This document shows positions 41,083 through 50,406 of a stretch of 64,000 nt of DNA, piece after piece. Location: assembly GCA_023267635.1 (NCBI GenBank), contig JAHFMX010000001.1, positions 3,800 through 67,799 on the forward strand. The letters run 5' to 3'. The DNA comes from a bacterium. Its GTDB lineage: Bacteria > Patescibacteriota > Minisyncoccia > Phycocordibacterales > UBA5272. Position 1 is the first letter of the stretch, and each line of letters begins with the position of its first letter. The notes below the pieces were generated by a model, which made no database searches, had not been told where the DNA came from, and was given only the letters and a program-made list of their open reading frames with translations. Position numbers and translations under genes: made by a program.

Positions 41083-41390
41083 ATATACATTAATGACAGA
41101 ACCATAATCCCTGCATAGTCTATGCAGAACTAAAAATGCGTAGCATGGTCGCGATACCTCCTTTATTTATGGGTCCTTTTGTGATAAAATTTGAATTGTA
41201 CCCCATAGTGTTTTTTATATTTAGTGCTTTGTCCCCGAAAGGACTGTTTTCTCTCACCTGTTATAGGCAAAGAGGGGCAGTCCGAGTTCCATAACAGGAA
41301 CCTTTCGGGGTAGCACCGCTATGGGGTACGGCTCGGCTGTCCCTTTTTGTCTTTTTAATTAGCGACAGCCGAGACATAGATCCGTACCCT

Positions 41391-43097
41391 ATGTCTCACA
41401 ACAACTCTGAAAAAGAGCTTTTAGCTCATATAAGTGATCTCGAAAAACAAGTTAAGGTCTTGAAAGACCGGAAGAAATTTGGACTGGTTTGGGAGGATAA
41501 ACCGGAAGATGTCGTTTTACAATGCGAAACAAATGTTCCAATTCTGAGAGAGATTAAAAATAGAAAGTTAGTTTCTGATAATCATATACATTCCAATATT
41601 TTAGTCGAAGGAGATAATTATCACTCACTTTCTGTTTTGAACTATACACATAAGAGTAAGATCGATTTAATTTATATTGATCCACCGTATAACACAGGCG
41701 CAACAGATTGGAGATATAACAATGATTATGTTGATAGCAATGATCAATGGCGACACAGCAAGTGGATTTCTTTAATGAGAAATCGACTATCTTTAGCAAA
41801 AAATCTTCTATCAGAAAGAGGAATAATTTATTGTGCTATCGATCACTATGAATTGTTCACACTAGGATTGCTGTGTGATGAAATTTTTGGTGAATCAAAC
41901 AGACTTGGCGTTATAACGGTTATTCATAAACCTGAAGGAAGACAATTTGCTAACTTCTTTAGCCCATCGAATGAGTTTATGTTGGTATATGCAAAAAATA
42001 AGGCGTATGCTTCTTTAAACCAAGTAATTTTAGATGATGAACAGAAGGAACGTTTTTCTGAGTTTGATGATAAGGGATCGTATTATCTAAAAAACTTTAT
42101 AAGATTGACTGATGGTAAATATAGTCTGAGAGAAAATGCTCCTGATGGTTTTTATCCAATATACGTCAGTGAAGATCTAGGCTCATTTAGTTTAGAAAAT
42201 AAGAAAGGTTACCTCGAAGTATACCCAATTACAGACAGAGGTGTAGAAAGAACATGGAAAACCTATGGGGACACTTTTATGAAGAAAGTGGATGAAGGAA
42301 ACATTATTGCAAAATCAGAAAATGGAAAGATAAATATATACGAAAAGCTTCGTGAAGATCAGGTTATTAAAACCCATTGGAATAAAAAAGAATATCACGC
42401 ATATCATTACGGGACAAAGATTATTGAAGAAATACTAGGAGTCAAAAAGTTTGACTTCCCAAAGTCATTAAACCTTCTCATTGATGTTTTAAAACTAAGC
42501 ACACAAAAAGATTCAACAGTTTTAGACTTCTTTGCGGGATCAGGAACAACTGGACATGCAGTTTTGGAGCTCAACAAACAAGATGGCGGAAATAGAAGGT
42601 TCATCCTCTGTACCAATAATGAAAACCAGATTGCTGAGGAAGTTACTTACGAACGCATCAAGCGTGTAATCAAAGGATACAAGAATAAGAAAGGAGAAAA
42701 AGTTGAAGGACTTGGAGGTAATTTGTCGTACTACAAAACTGATGTCGTAGATATTGAAAGACTGCAGAGGATTTCAGACGAATCAAAGATCAAGATCACG
42801 TATCAAGCAGGAGAAATGATTGCTATTCGTGAGAATACTTTAAATGAATACGACAAAAACGATTGGTGGCAGATTTTTGAAAACGAAGAAAAGAAAACTG
42901 CTATTTATTTCAAGGAAGATAAATCAAAACTTCCTGAGCTGGTAAAACTTCTTGAAAAAGAAAACAAGCCGACCGTTCTTTATATCTTTGGCTGGGGTAA
43001 GAACGAATACAAAAACGAGTATTCGACCAAGAATATAAAAGTCGAAGATATTCCAGAACCAATTATTGAGGTCTATAAAGAAATAAATAGAATTTAA
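41391..43097 (+). CDS. Type III RM Mod (N6-adenine DNA methyltransferase)
   Basis: KFGLVWE, EGDNY, YIDPPYNTG, FPKS, DFFAGSGTT. Confidence 0.92.
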   Translation: MSHNNSEKELLAHISDLEKQVKVLKDRKKFGLVWEDKPEDVVLQCETNVPILREIKNRKLVSDNHIHSNILVEGDNYHSLSVLNYTHKSKIDLIYIDPPYNTGATDWRYNNDYVDSNDQWRHSKWISLMRNRLSLAKNLLSERGIIYCAIDHYELFTLGLLCDEIFGESNRLGVITVIHKPEGRQFANFFSPSNEFMLVYAKNKAYASLNQVILDDEQKERFSEFDDKGSYYLKNFIRLTDGKYSLRENAPDGFYPIYVSEDLGSFSLENKKGYLEVYPITDRGVERTWKTYGDTFMKKVDEGNIIAKSENGKINIYEKLREDQVIKTHWNKKEYHAYHYGTKIIEEILGVKKFDFPKSLNLLIDVLKLSTQKDSTVLDFFAGSGTTGHAVLELNKQDGGNRRFILCTNNENQIAEEVTYERIKRVIKGYKNKKGEKVEGLGGNLSYYKTDVVDIERLQRISDESKIKITYQAGEMIAIRENTLNEYDKNDWWQIFENEEKKTAIYFKEDKSKLPELVKLLEKENKPTVLYIFGWGKNEYKNEYSTKNIKVEDIPEPIIEVYKEINRI

Positions 43098-43101
43098 TCA
43101 T

Positions 43102-45429
43102 ATGTTTGCACTTAAACCATTCCAAGAAACAGCGATAGCTAAACTGAAGGATCAGTTTCTTTCATTATGGAAATCGCCACACGATAACATACCTCTTATC
43201 TTTAAATCTCCAACCGGATCAGGGAAAACGATCATGCTAGCCCAATTTCTCCGTGATCTTATAGGAGATCCTCGATTTTATGGAAACGATGTTGCCTTTG
43301 TATGGCTTACTTTTAACGAAGAATCGTATGTACAAAGTAAAAACAAACTCTTTTCATACTATGGTGGTGCTTCCGAACTAGACCTTTTGGATCTTAACGA
43401 CCTCACCAGAGGAAAATTGAATAAAAATTCTGTTTTCTTTATCAACTGGCAAAAAGTCAAAGGAAAATCAAAAGAAAGTAGAAAACTCCGAAAAGATAAT
43501 GAGTGGGGTTTAACCTTTGATAGTTTTATAGAAAAAACAAAAAATGACGGTCGCAAGTTTGTAGTAATAATCGACGAAGAACATATTGGATCCGATACAG
43601 AGCTTGCACAGGAAATCATTGATGGCCTTATTCAGCCGAAAATAACTATCCGTGTTTCTGCTACACCTAAATATCTCCCAAACGCAGAAGATATCGCTGA
43701 ACAAAAAGGTGGATTTGTGCAAGCAAAGCGAGAAGATGTTATTGAAGCAGGACTGATTAAGGAAAAGATTATTTTCCAGACGGAAGAAGATCTCAATCGA
43801 AAGGACTTCAAAGGAATGGATCAGGACGAAATTCTTCTTGAACTTGCATACCAAAAGCGATTAGATCTCATTGAATACTATAAAGAGGTCGGTGTCGAAG
43901 TGAATCCTCTTGTAATGATCCAGCTCCCCAATGACGATCAAGCAAGCAAAGATATAACTACAACTAATAAACAATCTATAGTTCTTAGCTATTTTAAAGA
44001 AAAAGGAGTGTTGGAAGATGAAATTGCTATTTGGCTTTCTCAGGAAAAAATAAACTTAGAATCCATCGAGGATAATAAGTCACCAATATCATTCTTACTC
44101 TTTAAACAAGCCGCTGCTACTGGCTGGGATTGCCCCAGAGCGAGTGTTTTAGTTATGTTCAGAGAGATCAGAAACCCAACATTCGCTATTCAAACTGTTG
44201 GTCGTATTTTGCGTATGCCTTTTGGTATACATTTTGCAATACCAGAATTGAATCTTGGTTATCTATACACGAACTACAAGCGAAATGAGGTGTTAGCAGA
44301 ATATGGAAAGAATAAGACCGACAATCGTCCTGCTATTTATGGAAGTTATAGAAAACCAGAGATTGAATCAATAACAGTTGAATCGGTATTTATGAGCCGA
44401 ACTGATTATAATGACCTCGGAGACTCTTTCCAAGAGACATTTAATGAAGTGGCAAACAAATACTTTGGAATTGGAAAGGATAATCCTGCTCAGGTAATCA
44501 AGAAACTAGAAGCAAAGAGTTTAGAAACTAAACCAAGTGTCACTAATGGTCTTATCGTAGGAGTTGAAATTGACGACTATGATAATTTCACCAAAGAACT
44601 AATTACTGAAGGAGGAAGCCATGACCAAGAAATATCTCAGCATGATCTTGAGCGACTTTATAATTTGCTTTGTTTTAAATTTGTCTCTCATCAAGCTGAT
44701 GAAAACAAAAAGTTTGCTCCTGAACGATCTTGGGGCAAGTTAAAGACAGCACTTAATGTGTGGCTCTTAAAAGTAACTGGAGAAAATCGTCAGAATATCT
44801 ACAAGATTGTAGTAAACGATCTGCTCAGCCCGACAAGCATATTTGCTCCTATTATTGGTATGGCTCTTGAGCAATATCGTCCAATTCGTGAGAAAGAAGT
44901 AAACAAAAAATCTGAACGTTCAAAGCGAGTTGAAACTATCGAGATTCCACGAGAGACACTTTTCTTCACGGATCAGTATGAAGAGATAGAAGTTAAAAAG
45001 TGTGCTATGCAACCTTTTTATATCGAGAAAGATTATAAAGGGGAAGACAATGAAAAAGAGTTTATTAAATTCCTTGAATCAAGCAAAGACGTAGTTTGGT
45101 GGTATAAAAATGGAGATTCAGGAAGTGAGTTCTTTTCGATTTCTTATTATAATCAAGACGAAAATAAGGAAAAACTTTTTTACCCCGATTGGATATTTAG
45201 GACAAAAGATACCGTTTATATCGTAGACACAAAGAAAGGATCTACTGCTGAAATATCCGATACTAAATACAAAGCAGAAGCATTGCAAGAATGGCTTAAA
45301 AGCAAGAAAAACTTTGCAGGAGGTATTGTTGTTCAAGACGGCCCAAACGGCTGGAAGATCAACCAGAATGACAAATACTCTTACACTCCCTCTTTTGATA
45401 AATGGAACAACTTGAAAGATGTTCTATGA
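43102..45429 (+). CDS. Type III restriction enzyme Res subunit
   Basis: PTGSGKT, IDEEH, TGWDCPRA, QTVGRILR, FYPDW..VDTK. Confidence 0.88.
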   Translation: MFALKPFQETAIAKLKDQFLSLWKSPHDNIPLIFKSPTGSGKTIMLAQFLRDLIGDPRFYGNDVAFVWLTFNEESYVQSKNKLFSYYGGASELDLLDLNDLTRGKLNKNSVFFINWQKVKGKSKESRKLRKDNEWGLTFDSFIEKTKNDGRKFVVIIDEEHIGSDTELAQEIIDGLIQPKITIRVSATPKYLPNAEDIAEQKGGFVQAKREDVIEAGLIKEKIIFQTEEDLNRKDFKGMDQDEILLELAYQKRLDLIEYYKEVGVEVNPLVMIQLPNDDQASKDITTTNKQSIVLSYFKEKGVLEDEIAIWLSQEKINLESIEDNKSPISFLLFKQAAATGWDCPRASVLVMFREIRNPTFAIQTVGRILRMPFGIHFAIPELNLGYLYTNYKRNEVLAEYGKNKTDNRPAIYGSYRKPEIESITVESVFMSRTDYNDLGDSFQETFNEVANKYFGIGKDNPAQVIKKLEAKSLETKPSVTNGLIVGVEIDDYDNFTKELITEGGSHDQEISQHDLERLYNLLCFKFVSHQADENKKFAPERSWGKLKTALNVWLLKVTGENRQNIYKIVVNDLLSPTSIFAPIIGMALEQYRPIREKEVNKKSERSKRVETIEIPRETLFFTDQYEEIEVKKCAMQPFYIEKDYKGEDNEKEFIKFLESSKDVVWWYKNGDSGSEFFSISYYNQDENKEKLFYPDWIFRTKDTVYIVDTKKGSTAEISDTKYKAEALQEWLKSKKNFAGGIVVQDGPNGWKINQNDKYSYTPSFDKWNNLKDVL

Positions 45430-45489
45430 GACAAGTGCAAACTATCTTCAACGATAAATAATTATGACTATGAAACCTAGTCGAATTTT

Positions 45490-46545
45490 TTAGTCAGTAT
45501 TACTCATGGTAAAGAAATAATTATTCTTTAACCTCTCAGAAAATCTGTAAGTATCAGCATGAGAAAGAACGCCGAGATAGGACATTAAAGTTGCATGTAC
45601 TTTGTCTTTTGGGATTTCTTCTCGCTTATAGAGTAATATCTTTTCATTTATTTTCCGCAAAGCACGTTTCTGTGTACGCTTACGAACCAAAGTAAAATGT
45701 GGGAATAATACATATCCAAGATAATCAATACCACGATTAAATTTAGTAATCGAGATTTTCTTCGGGTGTATTTGGATCTTCATTTTTTCTTTTAGAAAAG
45801 AACGTATCTGAGACAATAAATGTATGAGATATTCTTTATTCTCGCTTACTACAACAAAGTCATCAGTATATCGTGCATAATGTTTCACCTTGAGTTCGTG
45901 CTTCATAAATTGATCAAAAACATCCATATACACATTCGCAAAAAGTTGAGACGTTAAGTTACCAATTGGTAAACCGCATCTCTCAAAGAGAGTAGATCTA
46001 CTACTTGTAAAACTTTCCACCACTTCTGTCAGGAGGTCCATCAGTTCCTGGTCCTTGATCCGGGAATCAAGCATGGAAAGTAAAATCTCGTGATTAATTG
46101 AATCGAAAAACTTCTCTATATCGCACTTCAAAATATATACATTTCTTGTGTTATTTTTACTTGCTTTGTAGAGCATGGAACGTAGCGCGCTAACTCCTTT
46201 ATGAGTACCTTTACCAATACGACACGAGAAAGAATTATAAATAAAAGTCTTCTCATAGAGTGGGTATAAAGTACTCATGATTGCATGATGAAGTACTCTG
46301 TCTCTCACTTGCGCTTTATGTATATGGCGACGTTTAGGATCTGAAATATAGAACCCGGTATACCCACTGTGGCGATAGGTATGAGATTTTAGTTCTCTGT
46401 GAAGCGAGAATATTTCTCGTTCAAGACTTTTCTCAAAAAGAAGTACATCCGCTTTCTTTTTCTTGTCACGCCTGAACTCTTCCCAAGCGAAAAACAGATT
46501 TTCTGGAGTAATAAGCTTATTAAATAAATTCGTATAGATTCTCAT
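45490..46545 (-). CDS. DGR reverse transcriptase
   Basis: DPKRRHI..RDRVLHHA, SCRIGKGTH, CDIEKFFDSI, GLPIGNLTSQLFAN, RYTDDF, GIDYLGY; no maturase/endonuclease tail; start set at MRIYTNLF. Confidence 0.95.
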   Translation of the reverse strand: MRIYTNLFNKLITPENLFFAWEEFRRDKKKKADVLLFEKSLEREIFSLHRELKSHTYRHSGYTGFYISDPKRRHIHKAQVRDRVLHHAIMSTLYPLYEKTFIYNSFSCRIGKGTHKGVSALRSMLYKASKNNTRNVYILKCDIEKFFDSINHEILLSMLDSRIKDQELMDLLTEVVESFTSSRSTLFERCGLPIGNLTSQLFANVYMDVFDQFMKHELKVKHYARYTDDFVVVSENKEYLIHLLSQIRSFLKEKMKIQIHPKKISITKFNRGIDYLGYVLFPHFTLVRKRTQKRALRKINEKILLYKREEIPKDKVHATLMSYLGVLSHADTYRFSERLKNNYFFTMSNTD

Positions 46546-46890
46546 ATGAATGATAATGATGTTCCAATATTGCGTAAAATTCATGAGTTGTATAAGACAT
46601 TCCATGAATACAGAAATCTAGTTCCCAAACAAGAACGATTCTCTGTGTACGAACGTACAGAAAATATCATCATTGATATCCTTGAGCTTGTGCTTGAGGC
46701 AAGTTATATTCCCAAAGAAAGAAAAGTAATTCTTCTAGAAAAGACGAGCGTAAAACTCAATATCGTGAGATTTTTTATTCGTCTTATGAAAGAAAGTAAA
46801 AGTCTTGATCTGAAGAAATATACACTCCTGCAAGGAATCATTGATGAGGTTGGTCGTATGCTTGGTGGCTGGATAAAGTCTAGTAAGTAA
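46546..46890 (+). CDS. avd: DGR accessory variability determinant (four-helix bundle)
   Basis: 114 aa, PKQERF..RTE, IRL, EVGRMLGGW; lies between RT and TR. Confidence 0.9.
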   Translation: MNDNDVPILRKIHELYKTFHEYRNLVPKQERFSVYERTENIIIDILELVLEASYIPKERKVILLEKTSVKLNIVRFFIRLMKESKSLDLKKYTLLQGIIDEVGRMLGGWIKSSK

Positions 46891-46893
46891 TAA

Positions 46894-46922
46894 CAAAAGG
46901 TATCCGCTACGGATACCTTTTG
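46894..46922. terminator. Bidirectional hairpin between the avd stop and the TR 3' end
   Basis: 13-bp perfect stem CAAAAGGTATCCG-CTA-CGGATACCTTTTG. Confidence 0.75.
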
Positions 46923-46939
46923 CGCTTAATTGATACTTC

Positions 46940-47059
46940 GGAACGAAGGCGGACACCGAGCCATAGTTGTCATTGGCATTCGACACGTTGTTGGTGTTGA
47001 ACTTGAGCTTGTCGTCGTTGAAGTTGAAGAGCGGAGACCCCGAGAAGTCGCCATCCGCA
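46940..47059 (-). repeat. DGR template repeat (TR)
   Basis: 120-bp ungapped match to 47441-47560; all 18 mismatches are at minus-strand A in this copy; rich in AAC/AAT/GAC codons. Confidence 0.97.
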
Positions 47060-47312
47060 ACCGGAGCTTTTACCACTTTCTGCCCATTCCACAAATCACG
47101 AAGTATGATATTTCGCATAAGTCACGATTCTGTATTTAATCTGACAACACAATTGCTTGTTTGTCTTAGAAAGCAGTAAGCAGTATCTCTAGAGCAACAA
47201 CACTGTCACAAAAACCGTAATCGTTGTGATCCTGATTGCATTTTCTCACAGGAGAAAGAGTTCGGTGATAGTAATCCGTGAACTACTATGCACTAACCTA
47301 GACTCACTAGGT

Positions 47313-47321
47313 AGTATATCA
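47313..47321 (-). promoter_or_regulatory. Extended -10 promoter candidate for the TR RNA
   Basis: TGATATACT on the minus strand, downstream of the target terminator. Confidence 0.5.
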
Positions 47322-47353
47322 AAAATATAAAAATTGCCTTCGGCAAAAGAAAA

Positions 47354-47377
47354 AATGGCCTCGCAAGCGAGGCCATT
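47354..47377 (-). terminator. Hairpin downstream of VR (target terminator and/or DGR cruciform)
   Basis: AATGGCCTCGC-TT-GCGAGGCCATT followed by a T-rich tract on the minus strand. Confidence 0.8.
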
Positions 47378-47430
47378 CAAGGGTTCAAGGATCAAGGAGC
47401 CAGAAGACTCAAGACCCCAAGGTGGAAGGA

Positions 47431-48366
47431 TCAACCCTGTGGAACGAAGGCGGACACCGAGCCATAGTAGTCATCGGCATCCGACACGCGGTCGGTGACG
47501 AACTCGAGCCCGCCGCCGCCGAAGTAGAAGAGCGGAGACCCCGAGAAGCCGCCAACCGCATACGGAGCGTACTCGTCGCCGGCGCAGTCGGTGTGCAACT
47601 GCTCCCAGCGGACGTAGCGTTCCGGGTGGACGAGTGCCATGCAGCCGAGCGCGAACGCGCCGAGACCGAATTCGTTCGCCGTGAAGCACTCGCGTGCGCG
47701 ACGGACGGAACGGCCACGGTGGCGCATGCCGTACTGGACGGGGACGATCAGGATGTCGCCATTCTGCCCTTCGGCGATCAGGTCGAGCGCGTGGAGCGTG
47801 CGAGCCGATTGCTTCAGGTAGCGGTTCCCCGTTTCGCCTTCGCGGTAGTTGTAGAAGTTCCGCGACTTGCCGAGCTTCTCGAGAACGAGGTCGATGGCGC
47901 GACAGTACTTCTCGGCGGGGTCGGTGACCTCGGGGAAGAAGCGCTTGGCGACGGCATCCACCGACGGGATCGCGAACCAGCCTTCGGCGCCTTGCGGCAG
48001 CTTCATGGTGGGTAGCGTCTTCTCGATGAACTCGCTCACGTAGCCGAGCGACAGGCCGAACTCCTTCGCGAGGATGTCGACTTGCGCGCCGATCGGCTTC
48101 GGACCGCGGTACTCCTTCGGGTACGTGTAGCTGGATTCCACCTCCTCGCTCGCGAACTGGTCGGTGACCGACAGGTTCTTGATGAGTTGGATGGCCGCTT
48201 CACGGATGCCCGCGGAGAACTCGTTGCCGTGTTCGATCACGCGCTGGGCGCCGGGGTTGTCGAGGCCGACCTCTTCGAGGACCTTGTCGATCGCATCGGA
48301 GCCGAAGCGGTTGATCTGCTTCAGTTGGCCGGGGGTGGCTTGGGACTGCTGAGTAATCGCATTCAT
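47431..48366 (-). CDS. DGR target protein with C-terminal variable region (probable C-lectin-like fold)
   Basis: VR encodes the last ~40 aa, ending YGSVSAFVPQG; GGAG RBS; own promoter. Confidence 0.9.
   Translation of the reverse strand: MNAITQQSQATPGQLKQINRFGSDAIDKVLEEVGLDNPGAQRVIEHGNEFSAGIREAAIQLIKNLSVTDQFASEEVESSYTYPKEYRGPKPIGAQVDILAKEFGLSLGYVSEFIEKTLPTMKLPQGAEGWFAIPSVDAVAKRFFPEVTDPAEKYCRAIDLVLEKLGKSRNFYNYREGETGNRYLKQSARTLHALDLIAEGQNGDILIVPVQYGMRHRGRSVRRARECFTANEFGLGAFALGCMALVHPERYVRWEQLHTDCAGDEYAPYAVGGFSGSPLFYFGGGGLEFVTDRVSDADDYYGSVSAFVPQG
47441..47560 (-). repeat. DGR variable repeat (VR)
   Basis: Matches TR except at adenines; 3'-terminal 24 nt are A-free and invariant. Confidence 0.97.
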
Positions 48367-48440
48367 TGCGTTATCTCCATGGAAAGGTACTACTTTTCGG
48401 TTTGGACTGTCGAAACAGGTACCAGGAATCTGGTCTATAT

Positions 48441-48469
48441 ACTATATCACAAAATACACTAAAAGTCAA
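48441..48469 (-). promoter_or_regulatory. Sigma70 promoter of the DGR target gene
   Basis: TTGACT-17 nt-TATAGT with TG extension. Confidence 0.75.
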
Positions 48470-48506
48470 TAGATTGAAATTGCTTAACACTAAAGGATTT
48501 TTAGTG

Positions 48507-50000
48507 TTATTCCACGTCAACGTAATCTGGATGATACAGAATGCTGTCGTCGCTATCACCTAACCAGAACATGATAATTGTTCCCTCGCTTGCATGCTTC
48601 TCCGTTGTTGCATTGATGAGAAGCGAGAATGCATCAGCTAAGTCATCGTGTTTTTCCACTCCAAACCCAACTAGTTGCTCAATGAGGTTCTCACAGCCTT
48701 GTCGTGGAAATTTAATGATTCCAGACTTTATGGATGTGGATGTAAGCGATAGTCGTGTTCGTTTGTCTCCTTTTGGTTTTATTGCCTCTGCTTTAATGCC
48801 ATGCATGTCTAGCATTTGAGGTAATGCTTCTTGGTAAGAAACACTTTCCACAAAGATGGTATCTCTATGGTCACTCAGCATGGTACTTTTGACATTTTTC
48901 ATCAACTCAACTTGCGCTGGGAAATTAAGCTTTTTCGCGATCGGATTAGGGAGAATGTAAATTCTCATTTTTTCTCTACGGCTATACACGTGCGCAAATA
49001 CAAGAGCGGTAAAGTCTGCAGAATCTTTTTCAGAAATTGCTAAGTCAATGCCGACATAGGTACCTCGATATCCTTTATGTCTTGTTCCAGGCAGTTCATC
49101 ATAGTACTGGATCCATTCTGGATAGATGACTTGGTCATCACTTGGAATGATACGAAGAAGGTATTCTCGTTGCCACGATGCTTCGCTAGCAACTTTAAGC
49201 TTCTCGTCTTCAACATCTTTCGCTGTTGGGTATTTACCAGGCCACAAGCAAACATCTTTCTCATCAAGTAGCGGGTATTCCTTGAATACTCCTTTTGTCC
49301 TACCTTGAGCAATCTCTTCTTTGATTCGCATAAGTAGTGAATCTTCGTGAAGCAGGTTACCAACAATGATAAGGCGAGTCTTTCTGTCTCCTGACGGAAT
49401 GACTTCGCTATAGAGCCAGTTGTATGTTCCATTGCGACCTTCTCTTGTTTTAGTAGATTGCACATCCTCCACGTCGTCGCAGATTATCAAGTCTGGACGA
49501 TGTTGGTTGTGGCGTATGCCTCGGATACTCTGTTCAGTTGACGCAACGGTAATTCTTGCACCATGCTTTTTGAAGACGATAGAGAATGAACCCCACTCGT
49601 CACTTTCTTCCTGGAAAGGACCCAGATCTTTCTTTAAAACATCGTTACCCTCAAGTTCGGTGCGAATGTTCATCATGTGCTGTTTTGCTTGCGCTCTAGT
49701 CTGACAAAAGATCACGCAAAACTTCTTTTGCTGTTTTCCAAGAATCGCCCAGATTGGGTATGCAGTTGTAATCATGGTTGATTTACCAGATCCACGGAAC
49801 GCTACCACGTACAGATTTTCTGTTGGACTATGTTCAAGATAGTGAATTACTTCTTTCTGAAAATCTGCCGTTTCATACTTTACATAGTGGGCGTAGTAGA
49901 AATGAAAGAAATATAAGAAGCTATCTTTGGTAATGGATGTTCTCACTAACCTATCTTTCATCATCTTATTCACCAACTTTGTTTCTATGATTTTATTCAT
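48507..50000 (-). CDS. Phage-type terminase large subunit
   Basis: Walker A AFRGSGKST, Walker B LIICDDVED, SWQREY, RNase H-like GIDLAISEKDSADFTA and KHDDLADA. Confidence 0.88.
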   Translation of the reverse strand: MNKIIETKLVNKMMKDRLVRTSITKDSFLYFFHFYYAHYVKYETADFQKEVIHYLEHSPTENLYVVAFRGSGKSTMITTAYPIWAILGKQQKKFCVIFCQTRAQAKQHMMNIRTELEGNDVLKKDLGPFQEESDEWGSFSIVFKKHGARITVASTEQSIRGIRHNQHRPDLIICDDVEDVQSTKTREGRNGTYNWLYSEVIPSGDRKTRLIIVGNLLHEDSLLMRIKEEIAQGRTKGVFKEYPLLDEKDVCLWPGKYPTAKDVEDEKLKVASEASWQREYLLRIIPSDDQVIYPEWIQYYDELPGTRHKGYRGTYVGIDLAISEKDSADFTALVFAHVYSRREKMRIYILPNPIAKKLNFPAQVELMKNVKSTMLSDHRDTIFVESVSYQEALPQMLDMHGIKAEAIKPKGDKRTRLSLTSTSIKSGIIKFPRQGCENLIEQLVGFGVEKHDDLADAFSLLINATTEKHASEGTIIMFWLGDSDDSILYHPDYVDVE

Positions 50001-50406
50001 GACTTTTGGTATTAATCTTTTTAATGGATTTCGATTTGGTGATGGACGCAAGTTTAAGCGCATGTCGAACTATCTTTGCTTGATCTGGTGTTAGTTCTTC
50101 ATTGTCTTCAGCAGTGCTAATTTCAAGCTTGTTCTTGTAGTTGTCGTTTCGGTGCCTCAACCAAAAACTAATCGCAGGATAGTTTTTCTCTTTTATAAGT
50201 GTGAGTAATTGGCTTTCGCTCATGTCATTTACAAGCGCTACGCCATTTGCTAGCGATTCATCCATTTTCTTGGCGAACATTTTATCCTCACGTCGCCAAC
50301 GGTAGACACTGTTTCTTGATACTCCGGTTTTCTCGCAAGCAACTTGAATTATGGGAACCTTCTCGAGCTCTGCAAAGAATTGGTCTTGTAGCTTATTCTT
50401 TTTCAT
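49993..50406 (-). CDS. HTH protein, putative terminase small subunit
   Basis: IQVACEKTGVSRNSVYRWR..DMSESQL..AISFWL; overlaps the terL start. Confidence 0.65.
   Translation of the reverse strand: MKKNKLQDQFFAELEKVPIIQVACEKTGVSRNSVYRWRREDKMFAKKMDESLANGVALVNDMSESQLLTLIKEKNYPAISFWLRHRNDNYKNKLEISTAEDNEELTPDQAKIVRHALKLASITKSKSIKKINTKSHE

Noticed and set aside
45490-46605. RT as group II intron, retron or CRISPR-associated RT
   Set aside because: No maturase/endonuclease domain, msr-msd or cas1; the IGNLTSQ motif, avd and the A-specific TR/VR pair identify a DGR
46735-47118. 127-aa minus-strand ORF resembling the target C-terminus
   Set aside because: It is the TR read in frame, running through a hairpin and antisense into avd; not treated as a gene
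47409-48462. Multiple overlapping ORFs on both strands
   Set aside because: Shadow frames caused by the high GC of the target gene
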